From contig JANTHB010000003.1 in assembly GCA_024762655.1 (NCBI GenBank), positions 3,353 through 67,352 of the forward strand: a stretch of 64,000 bases of DNA, written 5' to 3'. This document shows positions 1-8,126 of the stretch, one piece after another; within the stretch, counting starts at the first letter, position 1, and every line of letters starts with the position of its first letter. The notes under the pieces were generated by a model, which was not told the origin of the DNA, did no database searches, and worked only from the letters and a program-made list of their open reading frames with translations. The stretch is from Bacteroidales bacterium (GTDB lineage: Bacteria > Bacteroidota > Bacteroidia > Bacteroidales > VadinHA17). A program made the position numbers and the translations under genes.

Positions 1-1620
1 TACAATAGATGGGTCCGGATCGTTCCACCAAACTCTACTATTCAGAAAATAAAGGCGTGAGGCACGAATTGCACCTGTACGGATACTTTCTCCGTCATGA
101 TTAAAATCGGGGCCAATACGCATGGCATCTACCAATCCGATGGAAGGACCAAAGGAGCGCATATTCTGACTGATGTTACACCCGGAAAGAAACACTTCAT
201 TGTTAGTAGCTCTTCTTATCGCCTTTAATCCATTTCTATATGCTTCTATCTGGGTTATGAAAGGTTTGTATAATAACTTATTGTTTCCTATATCATCATC
301 TTTATACCCATCATTAATATAAACCTGTTCGGTAACCGTACCGGTCCATAAACCATCCATTTTAAAATAATCAAATCCCCATGAATGCAATGTTTTAGAT
401 ATATATTCGACATGTTGCAGAACTTCAGGGTTTGTCAAATCAAGTGAAGTACCTCCCCAGGGTGTTTCATAGGGCTCTCCGTTTAGCCGGCAGGCAAACC
501 AATCCTGCCGGTCGGCGTATTCCGGGGCTTGATGGTTTCGGGAAAAAGGCATCCACCAAATGCCGGCCGTTAAACCATTCTCTTTGATGGCAGCGGCTGT
601 TTTTTCCATGCCGTTGGGATATCCTGCCGGGAATACCTGCCTGGCAGTTCCTTTTGTTGCTGCACTCCTTAACGGGATTTTCCGCGCTCGATCAAAACCT
701 CTTGCCGGGCCGTTGTATTTCCCGCCATCTTGCCATTGATCATCTATTTGTATCACTCCCAGTCCAAACGTCTTTAAATTAGCATTTACAAACTTTGCCA
801 GTTCTATGGTAGAAGCTTCACTGCCGGCTCCTCCGTGTTTTTCATCATACCAGGTACAATAAACTGCAGATCGCCGGCGTAATTTTATGTTATTGTATTT
901 TGCCAACGCATCGGCAAATTGTTCCTCACCTAAACGGGCATCTTTAAAATAGCCAATCACTAATGTTTCCAGTTTTTCTTTTTCCCCGGGAAGCAATAAC
1001 AGATGTCCGTAATCTATTTGAGCGTCAATACGCACTTTGTTCTCAACAATATTTGAAAAAAGCACTCCACTTCCTTTTTTGTCGGTGAGCCATCCCGTTA
1101 CTACTCCATTTCGACTTTTGGGATCAACAGTGGTTAAGAAAACATAACTGCCCGGGTTTTTATCAGGGCGAAGCAACCCTCCGGTGCCAAGCGTTTTTAA
1201 TTTTCGGGCAGGTTTGCCAAGATCAACTAAGAATGAAAGAGGTCTGTACTTTTTAACATCAGCCGTATCTTTGCTTTGGTTCGTTATTGCAGGGGTAATA
1301 AACAGAAAAGACTGCGACTGATAAAGTGTAAAGCTTATTGTGCTCCCGTCTTCAGAAACAATAACCAATGCGTTGCCTTTTCCGAAAAGAGGATCTACTA
1401 CTTCACTGTTATTCAATACCCGGATGGCTCCTTTTGGCATTATGCTTTTCAAAACAACCTCATTAGTTGATTTTACAGTCATTGACAAGCTGCGATTATT
1501 TGAATTAAAAGCCAAATAGTAAAAATCGTTACTGATGCTGTTCAAAGGTTTGGCTGATTGTGCGAGAGAGCACAACGGTATAATAAATAATGATAGAACT
1601 ATAAGAATAATATTTTTCAT
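1..1620 (-). CDS. Alpha-galactosidase-like glycoside hydrolase (clan GH-D, GH36/GH27-like). The N-terminus is present and the 3' end runs off the window.
   Basis: Absent from the ORF track because there is no stop in the window. Manual minus-strand translation from the ATG (complement of 1618-1620) gives MKNIILIVLSLFIIPLCSLAQS (signal peptide) ... FGLGVIQIDDQWQDGG ... HSWGFDYFKMDGLW ... RVWWNDPDPSIV. The frame stays open to base 1. The KxD and WNDPD motifs are typical of clan GH-D alpha-galactosidases. Confidence 0.6.
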   Translation of the reverse strand, partial: MKNIILIVLSLFIIPLCSLAQSAKPLNSISNDFYYLAFNSNNRSLSMTVKSTNEVVLKSIMPKGAIRVLNNSEVVDPLFGKGNALVIVSEDGSTISFTLYQSQSFLFITPAITNQSKDTADVKKYRPLSFLVDLGKPARKLKTLGTGGLLRPDKNPGSYVFLTTVDPKSRNGVVTGWLTDKKGSGVLFSNIVENKVRIDAQIDYGHLLLLPGEKEKLETLVIGYFKDARLGEEQFADALAKYNNIKLRRRSAVYCTWYDEKHGGAGSEASTIELAKFVNANLKTFGLGVIQIDDQWQDGGKYNGPARGFDRARKIPLRSAATKGTARQVFPAGYPNGMEKTAAAIKENGLTAGIWWMPFSRNHQAPEYADRQDWFACRLNGEPYETPWGGTSLDLTNPEVLQHVEYISKTLHSWGFDYFKMDGLWTGTVTEQVYINDGYKDDDIGNNKLLYKPFITQIEAYRNGLKAIRRATNNEVFLSGCNISQNMRSFGPSIGLVDAMRIGPDFNHDGESIRTGAIRASRLYFLNSRVWWNDPDPSIV

Positions 1621-2018
1621 CATTTTTGGATTATTTGAGTTTATAATCTTCGGGATAAAGAGTTTTAGGGACTACTTGTAATATATCAGGACATCGTTTA
1701 CAAAGTAAAGAAATTTAAGATTGTAATTTGATCTAATAATATTTTTTGTCTCCCAAGGGAGGCGCTATTTCTAAGCAGAGTAAAATATCAGGTTTAATAA
1801 ATCAATGCAGGTCTAAATATAGTATTTTCCGGCAGGAAGGAAAGCAGGTCCTTAAAATCGTAAAAAGGCAGGCTGCCCGGCACAACATAACAGGCCCATT
1901 GGGGATCATTATACTTCTCATGGATCAAACGCGCGTAGGCGATCAGGGGATCCCGGAGCTTATCAAACTTATATGCAATCCGCTAAGGACCCTTCATGCT
2001 CTCACCCGGTATGTAAAA

Positions 2019-2972
2019 CTACTTTTGTTCAGGAAGATACAGATATACACCGGGATGCATGGTGTACAAACGATACTGTTTCCCGTCATAAACCAGAACC
2101 GGACTGTCTTTGCCTTCTCCGACCAGCGGATTCCCGGAATACTTCGTCCAGTGAATCAAATCGGTGGACATCGCCACGCAGGAACTCCACCCTTCCCGTG
2201 TCCAGGGATCATGATCATTGGCGTGGTAAAAACCATAATAACGGCCCTTGTATTTGATGATCTGATCCATGGCTACCGCATATTTATCATATGCATCCGG
2301 CCCCATGGCGATCACAGGATCATCCCTTACATTTCTCCATTGTTTCAGGTCGGTGGAGGTTGCCAGCCAGATGCCCAGGTCATTACGCTCGTAAAACAGA
2401 TACCATTTCCCGTTTTCCACCCACACTGTCGGCGTCCCATAAGGCCCCGGAATGGAATCGCCGTTGGTCTTACGGATATCCAGTGAGCCTTTTTCCCGCC
2501 AGTGAATGCCATCCCGGGAAGTCAACATATGCGCCACATCATTCAACCCTTCGGCAAACATGTAGTAGATCCCCTCCTGTTTAAGTACCATCATATCTTC
2601 TACCCATCCCTTTTTATAGATTGGATTTCCCGGATAGCGTTTCCAATGAATCCCGTCCCGGGATGTGGCATACCCCAGATGGATCTCCGGGGTGTTGTCC
2701 GGATTATAGCCTGAATACCACATTTTATATATCCCTTCTTCCCGCAGGATAAATCCGCGTTCGCGAATCATTTTATCCCACGTTGCCGTATCCGTCCCGG
2801 TAAACAATGGCTTTTTATCATAGAGATTCCACCGGACCAGCTCCGGAGGAAATTCCCCGGAGATAATTTTCCTGTCCTTTTTTGATCCGTTATGACATCC
2901 CCCAAGGAGAGTCAGGGATAATCCCAGTATCAGGGATAATCCCAATGGTGATAAGTTGCTGATGTGTTTCAT
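2019..2972 (-). CDS. Secreted/lipoprotein five-bladed beta-propeller glycosidase (GH43/GH32/GH130-type fold; family not assignable by eye)
   Basis: 317-aa ORF with a lipoprotein-like signal (LTLLGGC). It has repeated blade motifs SRDGIHWKRY, SRDGIHWREKG, STDLKQWRNV and STDLIHWTKY. It sits 23 nt downstream of the preceding gene in the same-strand cluster. Confidence 0.55.
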   Translation of the reverse strand: MKHISNLSPLGLSLILGLSLTLLGGCHNGSKKDRKIISGEFPPELVRWNLYDKKPLFTGTDTATWDKMIRERGFILREEGIYKMWYSGYNPDNTPEIHLGYATSRDGIHWKRYPGNPIYKKGWVEDMMVLKQEGIYYMFAEGLNDVAHMLTSRDGIHWREKGSLDIRKTNGDSIPGPYGTPTVWVENGKWYLFYERNDLGIWLATSTDLKQWRNVRDDPVIAMGPDAYDKYAVAMDQIIKYKGRYYGFYHANDHDPWTREGWSSCVAMSTDLIHWTKYSGNPLVGEGKDSPVLVYDGKQYRLYTMHPGVYLYLPEQK

Positions 2973-2995
2973 CTTCGATAAAAAATTTAAAAGGG

Positions 2996-4126
2996 TTATA
3001 CTTTAATAAAAACTTTTTTCCGGTAAAGGAAATAGAGGAAGGACCAAACAAGTGCTATGGTCCCTATGGAAACCAGCACATTGTGCCACTTCTCATCGAA
3101 AAGAATAAAGATCCCGTCGAATAATTTCCGGGAAGTATAATCAAAATTGATAAAATGGTAGACATAGTAAATCGTCAGGGAGTTTATGCCGATCACTTTG
3201 AAGAAAAAAGCCCATTTCCGGTATTTCCTCACTTCTATTAGCCAGAAAAAGAGTGCCAGGGTCAGGAAAGCGATCCCTCCTGTCAGGGATATGAACGAGC
3301 TGCTCCAGAGACGTTTATTGATCGGAAAATGAAGGTTCCAGATCAGGCCGGTACCCATGAGAATCGCTCCGATCATGGTCAGGCGCAACACTTTATTGTT
3401 ATCCGAATATTTTTGCCGGTAAATGATATCCCCGGCCCAGGCCCCCAGCACAGTGAGACAGGCGGCAGGCAGGTCTGCTGTCAGAGCGTTTTCATCATAT
3501 ATTCCCTGAATAAGCCTTCCCGGCATGATATGACGATCGATCCACCCGGTAAGATTTCCCTCCAGTGTCAGGTGTCCGGCCCCGTAGCCCGGTACGGGTA
3601 TCAGGAACAATGCGGCATAGTAGGCCAGTAAGATACCGGCTACCCAGTACAACCGTTGTCTTCCATTATAATTCAGATACAACAGGGTCGTTATAAAAGT
3701 GGCTATCCCGATACGGCCGAGCACACTGCTGAAACGTATGGTGGAAGGTTCCAGAATGTGCATGGGAGAATTCTTATAAATCAATCCCAGGAGATAAAGA
3801 ATGATCATTCTCCGGAATGCTTTTTTGTATAGCTCTTTTTTCTCCATACCTTTCTCAAGGTGTCTGGTCAGGGAGATACTCAGGGAAACGCCGGAGATAA
3901 AAAGAAACAAGGGAAAAATAAAATCGAAGAAAGTAAAGCCGTTCCAGACGGTGTGCTCCATCTGTCCCGCAAGGGTATCCACCCACTGCATTCCTGTTTT
4001 GCCCTGTAGCTGCATAATAAACAATCCTCCGCCCGAGATAAAAAACATATCAAATCCGCGCAAAGCATCCACAGACAAGAGCCTTCCGCTTTTTCCCGGA
4101 GTCTTCATAGCAAGATTCATAAGCAT
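2996..4126 (-). CDS. Polytopic membrane protein, DUF5009/DUF1624 (heparan-alpha-glucosaminide N-acetyltransferase, HGSNAT-like) family
   Basis: 376 aa. The N-terminal motif RLLSVDALRGFDMFFI is followed by about 10 hydrophobic helices, the pattern of HGSNAT-like acyltransferases. The gene is embedded between nagA and a GH gene. Confidence 0.6.
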   Translation of the reverse strand: MLMNLAMKTPGKSGRLLSVDALRGFDMFFISGGGLFIMQLQGKTGMQWVDTLAGQMEHTVWNGFTFFDFIFPLFLFISGVSLSISLTRHLEKGMEKKELYKKAFRRMIILYLLGLIYKNSPMHILEPSTIRFSSVLGRIGIATFITTLLYLNYNGRQRLYWVAGILLAYYAALFLIPVPGYGAGHLTLEGNLTGWIDRHIMPGRLIQGIYDENALTADLPAACLTVLGAWAGDIIYRQKYSDNNKVLRLTMIGAILMGTGLIWNLHFPINKRLWSSSFISLTGGIAFLTLALFFWLIEVRKYRKWAFFFKVIGINSLTIYYVYHFINFDYTSRKLFDGIFILFDEKWHNVLVSIGTIALVWSFLYFLYRKKVFIKV

Positions 4127-4165
4127 ATATTTTTCATTACCCTGTTTTCCGTAGCTCCGTAAAAG

Positions 4166-5290
4166 TCAGGCAATGGTTTCGATTATATTCATTATCCCGT
4201 TTTCCATAGTAAACAGAATCAGGTCGGCCCGTTTGCCTGCGGCAATACTGCCTCTGTCGCTGAGTCCATATAATCCAGCAGGGTTTTTCGAGGCCATGTC
4301 CACGGCTTCAGCCAGAGAGCAACCCGTAAACTGCATCATGTTGCCTATGCCTGTGCGTAGCGGTAAGGATGCGCCGGCAAAGCAGTTTTCCTTTTCATAG
4401 CGTATGATCCCCTCCGGGGTCAGCCGCACCTCTTTACCATCCCAGATATAGTTGCCGGGAGGCATGCCCGCCAACATGGTCATGTCGGAGGTAAGGATGA
4501 TACGTTCCGGACCCTTGGCCCGATAAAAGACCTTCACCATTTCAGGAGGCAGGTGAAAACCATCCAGGATCAGGCTGCACATCAGCCGGTCTTCGGCCAG
4601 TTGCATCCAGAGAGGGTTGTTAAAGCGATGAATGCTGTTGGCCATGCCGTTGCCCAGATGGGTGACCGTCCGTGCACCCGCGTCCACTGCCCGCTCAATG
4701 TCTTCCGCACTTCCGTTATGATGGCCCAGAGAAACGACAATGTTCTGCTGCACACACTTTTTGATAAACGCTATTGCCCCGTCCGCTTCCGGGGCCAGGG
4801 TAACCTGCATGATCCTGCCCTCTGCCGCTTCGTTCAGTCGCATAAACTCATCCCAGTCGGGCTTCCGGACATACTCCCTGCTATGGGCGCCCCGGTACCC
4901 GTCTTCCGGCGAGATGTAAGGCCCCTCCAGGTGAAAACCGGGGACGGCACGGGCTACCTCATGGTTACCGAGCGCTGCTGCCAGGTTACCGAAAGATCGC
5001 ACCAATGATTCCCGTGAGGCTGTAATAACGGTAGGGATAAAAGTAGCAACCCCGTTCTTCCTGTGTTCCCTGACAATCTTCAGCATATCCTCCGGGGATA
5101 AGTCAGGTCTGGAAAACTCAAAGCCGATATACCCGTTCACCTGGTTATCGATCAAGGCCGGAGCGATATACGGGCCGGCCGTTTTGCCCGGAGGCTGTTC
5201 CTTTCTTTCAACCCTCCGGATCACACCCTCCTCTATCTCCAGAGAGACCTGGCTGTTATCGGAATACAATATTCCTTCTATCTTTTTCAT
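4166..5290 (-). CDS. nagA: N-acetylglucosamine-6-phosphate deacetylase
   Basis: 374 aa with amidohydrolase/NagA motifs ALIDNQVNGY, HLEGPYISP, SLGHHNGSAED, VTHLGNGM and LILDGFH. Confidence 0.85.
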   Translation of the reverse strand: MKKIEGILYSDNSQVSLEIEEGVIRRVERKEQPPGKTAGPYIAPALIDNQVNGYIGFEFSRPDLSPEDMLKIVREHRKNGVATFIPTVITASRESLVRSFGNLAAALGNHEVARAVPGFHLEGPYISPEDGYRGAHSREYVRKPDWDEFMRLNEAAEGRIMQVTLAPEADGAIAFIKKCVQQNIVVSLGHHNGSAEDIERAVDAGARTVTHLGNGMANSIHRFNNPLWMQLAEDRLMCSLILDGFHLPPEMVKVFYRAKGPERIILTSDMTMLAGMPPGNYIWDGKEVRLTPEGIIRYEKENCFAGASLPLRTGIGNMMQFTGCSLAEAVDMASKNPAGLYGLSDRGSIAAGKRADLILFTMENGIMNIIETIA

Positions 5291-5372
5291 AAGGCCCCAA
5301 CAGTATGTTATCTAAAAAAAAGAATTTAATAATCAGAATCTTTTTAACAATATGGTCATTCTCAATATCAGA

Positions 5373-7061
5373 TCAATGTATTTGCAGAACAGCCCAGGCC
5401 AGGAATATCAGGCCGCCGACGAACAACCAGGCATACAGGAATCCGGCCAGGTCTTCCCTGTATCTTTTCGGAAAGCCTTTCCACCGTTCTTTCGTGAACC
5501 AGGAAGGCAGGTCAAGCAGCAAAAGGTCATGCCCCATCTCTGCCGCCAGGGGTTTCTGTCCGTTTCTGATCCGGTCTTCGTCCGAAAGCCGGAGCATATT
5601 CGCAAAAAAACGGTCTGTCTTGGCTTTCTCTTCCGGTTTTGTTACCAGACTAACCACAATCAGAGCCACAAAGCCCGCTAACATAGCCCATCCGAAGGGT
5701 GCCGGTTTCCATTTGTAAACGATCTCCAGCATGCCGGTATCCAGATAATTCAGAAAATAATATAAGATAAAAGAAGACAAGGCGCCGGCCAGCGCCCCGT
5801 ACCGGTTGGCCCGTTTCCAGACAATCCCGCCGAAAACCATGATCCCCATGAAGGCAGCTATCGTTTCTACGAACAGAAAAGCGTATAAAACACTTTTTAC
5901 GTACAGGGCAAACAACACACCCAGCAGGGTCAGTCCCAAGCTCGATATTCTTCCTACCCACAGCAACTCCTTATCGTCCGGTTTCCTGTTAACGATCTCT
6001 TTATATATATTTTGTGTAAAGAGTGCTCCCGAGTTCACCATAAAGTTCGAGGCGGAAGACATGTTGGCAGCAAGTATGGAAGCAACCATTAGACCGGTCA
6101 GGCCGGGGAAAAGAAGTACGCGTGTGGCGTACCCGAAGGCCATCTCCGGGTCGCTGAGGTTTTGCCCGCTCTGCATGACCAGCGCCGCCACGATCAGGCC
6201 GGTAAAAGCCCAACCGATGGTTACCAGGCGTTTCACAAACGAGCCGTAGGTCTGTCCTATCCGGCCGTCCCTTTCGGTGCGGCCGGTGGCACACATAGAC
6301 ACCATATGGGGTTGTGCTGTGATGCCTATCACCCCGTTCAGGGCCAGCATGGCAATGGTAAACCAGCCTATCCCCAGCTCCGGACTGAATAGATTGAAAA
6401 AGTTGCCCGGCAGCATCTGCCGCATGCCTTCCATACCCCCAACCTGTCCTATCCCCAGAGGAATAAGCATAATGGACAGAACGATGATCATAAAGCCCTG
6501 GATCAGGGTCGCATAGGCGGAAGATACGAGGCCTCCGAAGAAACTGTATAGGATAAAGGCTGCGGTCATCCCGTAAACGACTCCGTCGGTGGAGATCATG
6601 TTGTTGGTGGCCACCGAGATAACTTTCCCCGCGCCTTTCAGCATGGCTCCCTGGGCAAATATGAAAAAAAGAATCGCAAAGACCGTGTAAAAAAGGCCCA
6701 TTTTCCTGCCATAACGGTCTTCCACGATCTCTCCTACGGTGGTACGTTCGCTGCGACGATACCAGGGTGCTATCAGCCAATAAAAAGGGGTAATCACCAT
6801 ATTCTTCCATTGATACCAGATAGCGGCGAAACCCATCTGGAAGCTGGCGCCTGTCTGGGCCACAAAGTTCTCGGAGTGGGTCCCCGCGCCAAAACCCTGG
6901 GCGATCATAACCCATTTGTTGAATTTCCGCTCACCCCGGAAAAAACCATCACTGGTTTTCACGCGGCGCATAAGCCATAACCCGTAGCCGGTGATCCCAA
7001 CAAAATAGAGCACCACCACCAGGGTGTCCAGCCAGTTAAATCCCTGATCCATGGTATTCAT
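5373..7061 (-). CDS. Sodium:solute symporter (SSS/SLC5) family transporter, substrate unknown
   Basis: 562 aa with about 13 hydrophobic segments and SSS-like sequence character. It lies between nagB and nagA on the same strand. Confidence 0.7.
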   Translation of the reverse strand: MNTMDQGFNWLDTLVVVLYFVGITGYGLWLMRRVKTSDGFFRGERKFNKWVMIAQGFGAGTHSENFVAQTGASFQMGFAAIWYQWKNMVITPFYWLIAPWYRRSERTTVGEIVEDRYGRKMGLFYTVFAILFFIFAQGAMLKGAGKVISVATNNMISTDGVVYGMTAAFILYSFFGGLVSSAYATLIQGFMIIVLSIMLIPLGIGQVGGMEGMRQMLPGNFFNLFSPELGIGWFTIAMLALNGVIGITAQPHMVSMCATGRTERDGRIGQTYGSFVKRLVTIGWAFTGLIVAALVMQSGQNLSDPEMAFGYATRVLLFPGLTGLMVASILAANMSSASNFMVNSGALFTQNIYKEIVNRKPDDKELLWVGRISSLGLTLLGVLFALYVKSVLYAFLFVETIAAFMGIMVFGGIVWKRANRYGALAGALSSFILYYFLNYLDTGMLEIVYKWKPAPFGWAMLAGFVALIVVSLVTKPEEKAKTDRFFANMLRLSDEDRIRNGQKPLAAEMGHDLLLLDLPSWFTKERWKGFPKRYREDLAGFLYAWLFVGGLIFLAWAVLQIH

Positions 7062-7206
7062 GGTTTTTCGTTCTCAGTTCCCGGTTCCATATTGGTTAAT
7101 ATCTCTTCCACTCTTCATACTATGAGTCTGCAAACCTTTGACTTGCCCGGATTCACGAGCGTCTTCGCCATACAACGCAAATCCCCCTTCGTCCCGGTTC
7201 AGGGTG

Positions 7207-7974
7207 CTACGATTTGCTGTTTTGCGGGATCTCCTCATCTCTCCTCTTCAGCAGGCCGGCCGACGCTTCATCCAGGTATAGCCAGACAGCATCATGTTTC
7301 TGCAGGGCCGTCCCGGGAATCACCGGGGTGATCTCCGACTCAACCGTAGCCTTCACGGCCTCAGCCTTGCGTTTGTCCGGAACACTGCATATGATTGCTT
7401 TTGATTGCAGGATCCGGTTTACCGACATGCTGATGGCCTGTTGGGGCACCTCCTCAAAAGAGGCAAACCATCCTTCTCCCAGTTGTTGTTTCCGGCATTT
7501 CTCATCCAGTGTGACAACCAGGTAAGGCTCCTGCGTTTCAAAATCTGCCGGGGGGTCATTGAAAGCCAGGTGACCGTTCTCCCCGATGCCGATAAAAGCC
7601 ACATCTATGGTTTTTTCTTTTAGAATAGCTCCCAGCCTGGCACATTCGGCCTGCGGGTCACCGGTATCCCCATTCACATAATAAAACGCTTTGAGAGGCA
7701 CTTTCTCTACAAAACGTTCCCTGAGATATTTTCTGAAGGAAGCCGGATGTGTTTCAGGCAAACCGATATATTCATCCAGATGGAACCCGGTCACTTTCGG
7801 CCACTCCACATCTTCTTTCACCAGGGCTTCCAGCATCTCAAACTGTGAGGCTCCGGTGGCTACGATGATATTGGCTTCCCCCTTTTCCTCAATGGCCCTG
7901 CGGATCAGTGAGGCCCCTTTGGCTGCAGCCCTCTTTCCCAGTTCTTCTTTCGTTTTTGATATAATTATTTCCAT
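7207..7974 (-). CDS. nagB: Glucosamine-6-phosphate deaminase (NagB/6-phosphogluconolactonase superfamily)
   Basis: 255 aa with motifs [25 protein letters not shown] and [14 protein letters not shown], as in NagB-type deaminases. Confidence 0.8.
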   Translation of the reverse strand: MEIIISKTKEELGKRAAAKGASLIRRAIEEKGEANIIVATGASQFEMLEALVKEDVEWPKVTGFHLDEYIGLPETHPASFRKYLRERFVEKVPLKAFYYVNGDTGDPQAECARLGAILKEKTIDVAFIGIGENGHLAFNDPPADFETQEPYLVVTLDEKCRKQQLGEGWFASFEEVPQQAISMSVNRILQSKAIICSVPDKRKAEAVKATVESEITPVIPGTALQKHDAVWLYLDEASAGLLKRRDEEIPQNSKS

Positions 7975-8126
7975 TCCGAATACTATTTATTGTTTCGTTG
8001 GCATGACCCACTCCATATCCCTCTTTCCGTTAGCGGGGAAAAAACTTGAAAAAGATAAGAACCATTTCCTCATAAAAATAAGAAAAGAAACAAAAACAGA
8101 CGCTACAGCCGCAGTTTATTCCCTTT

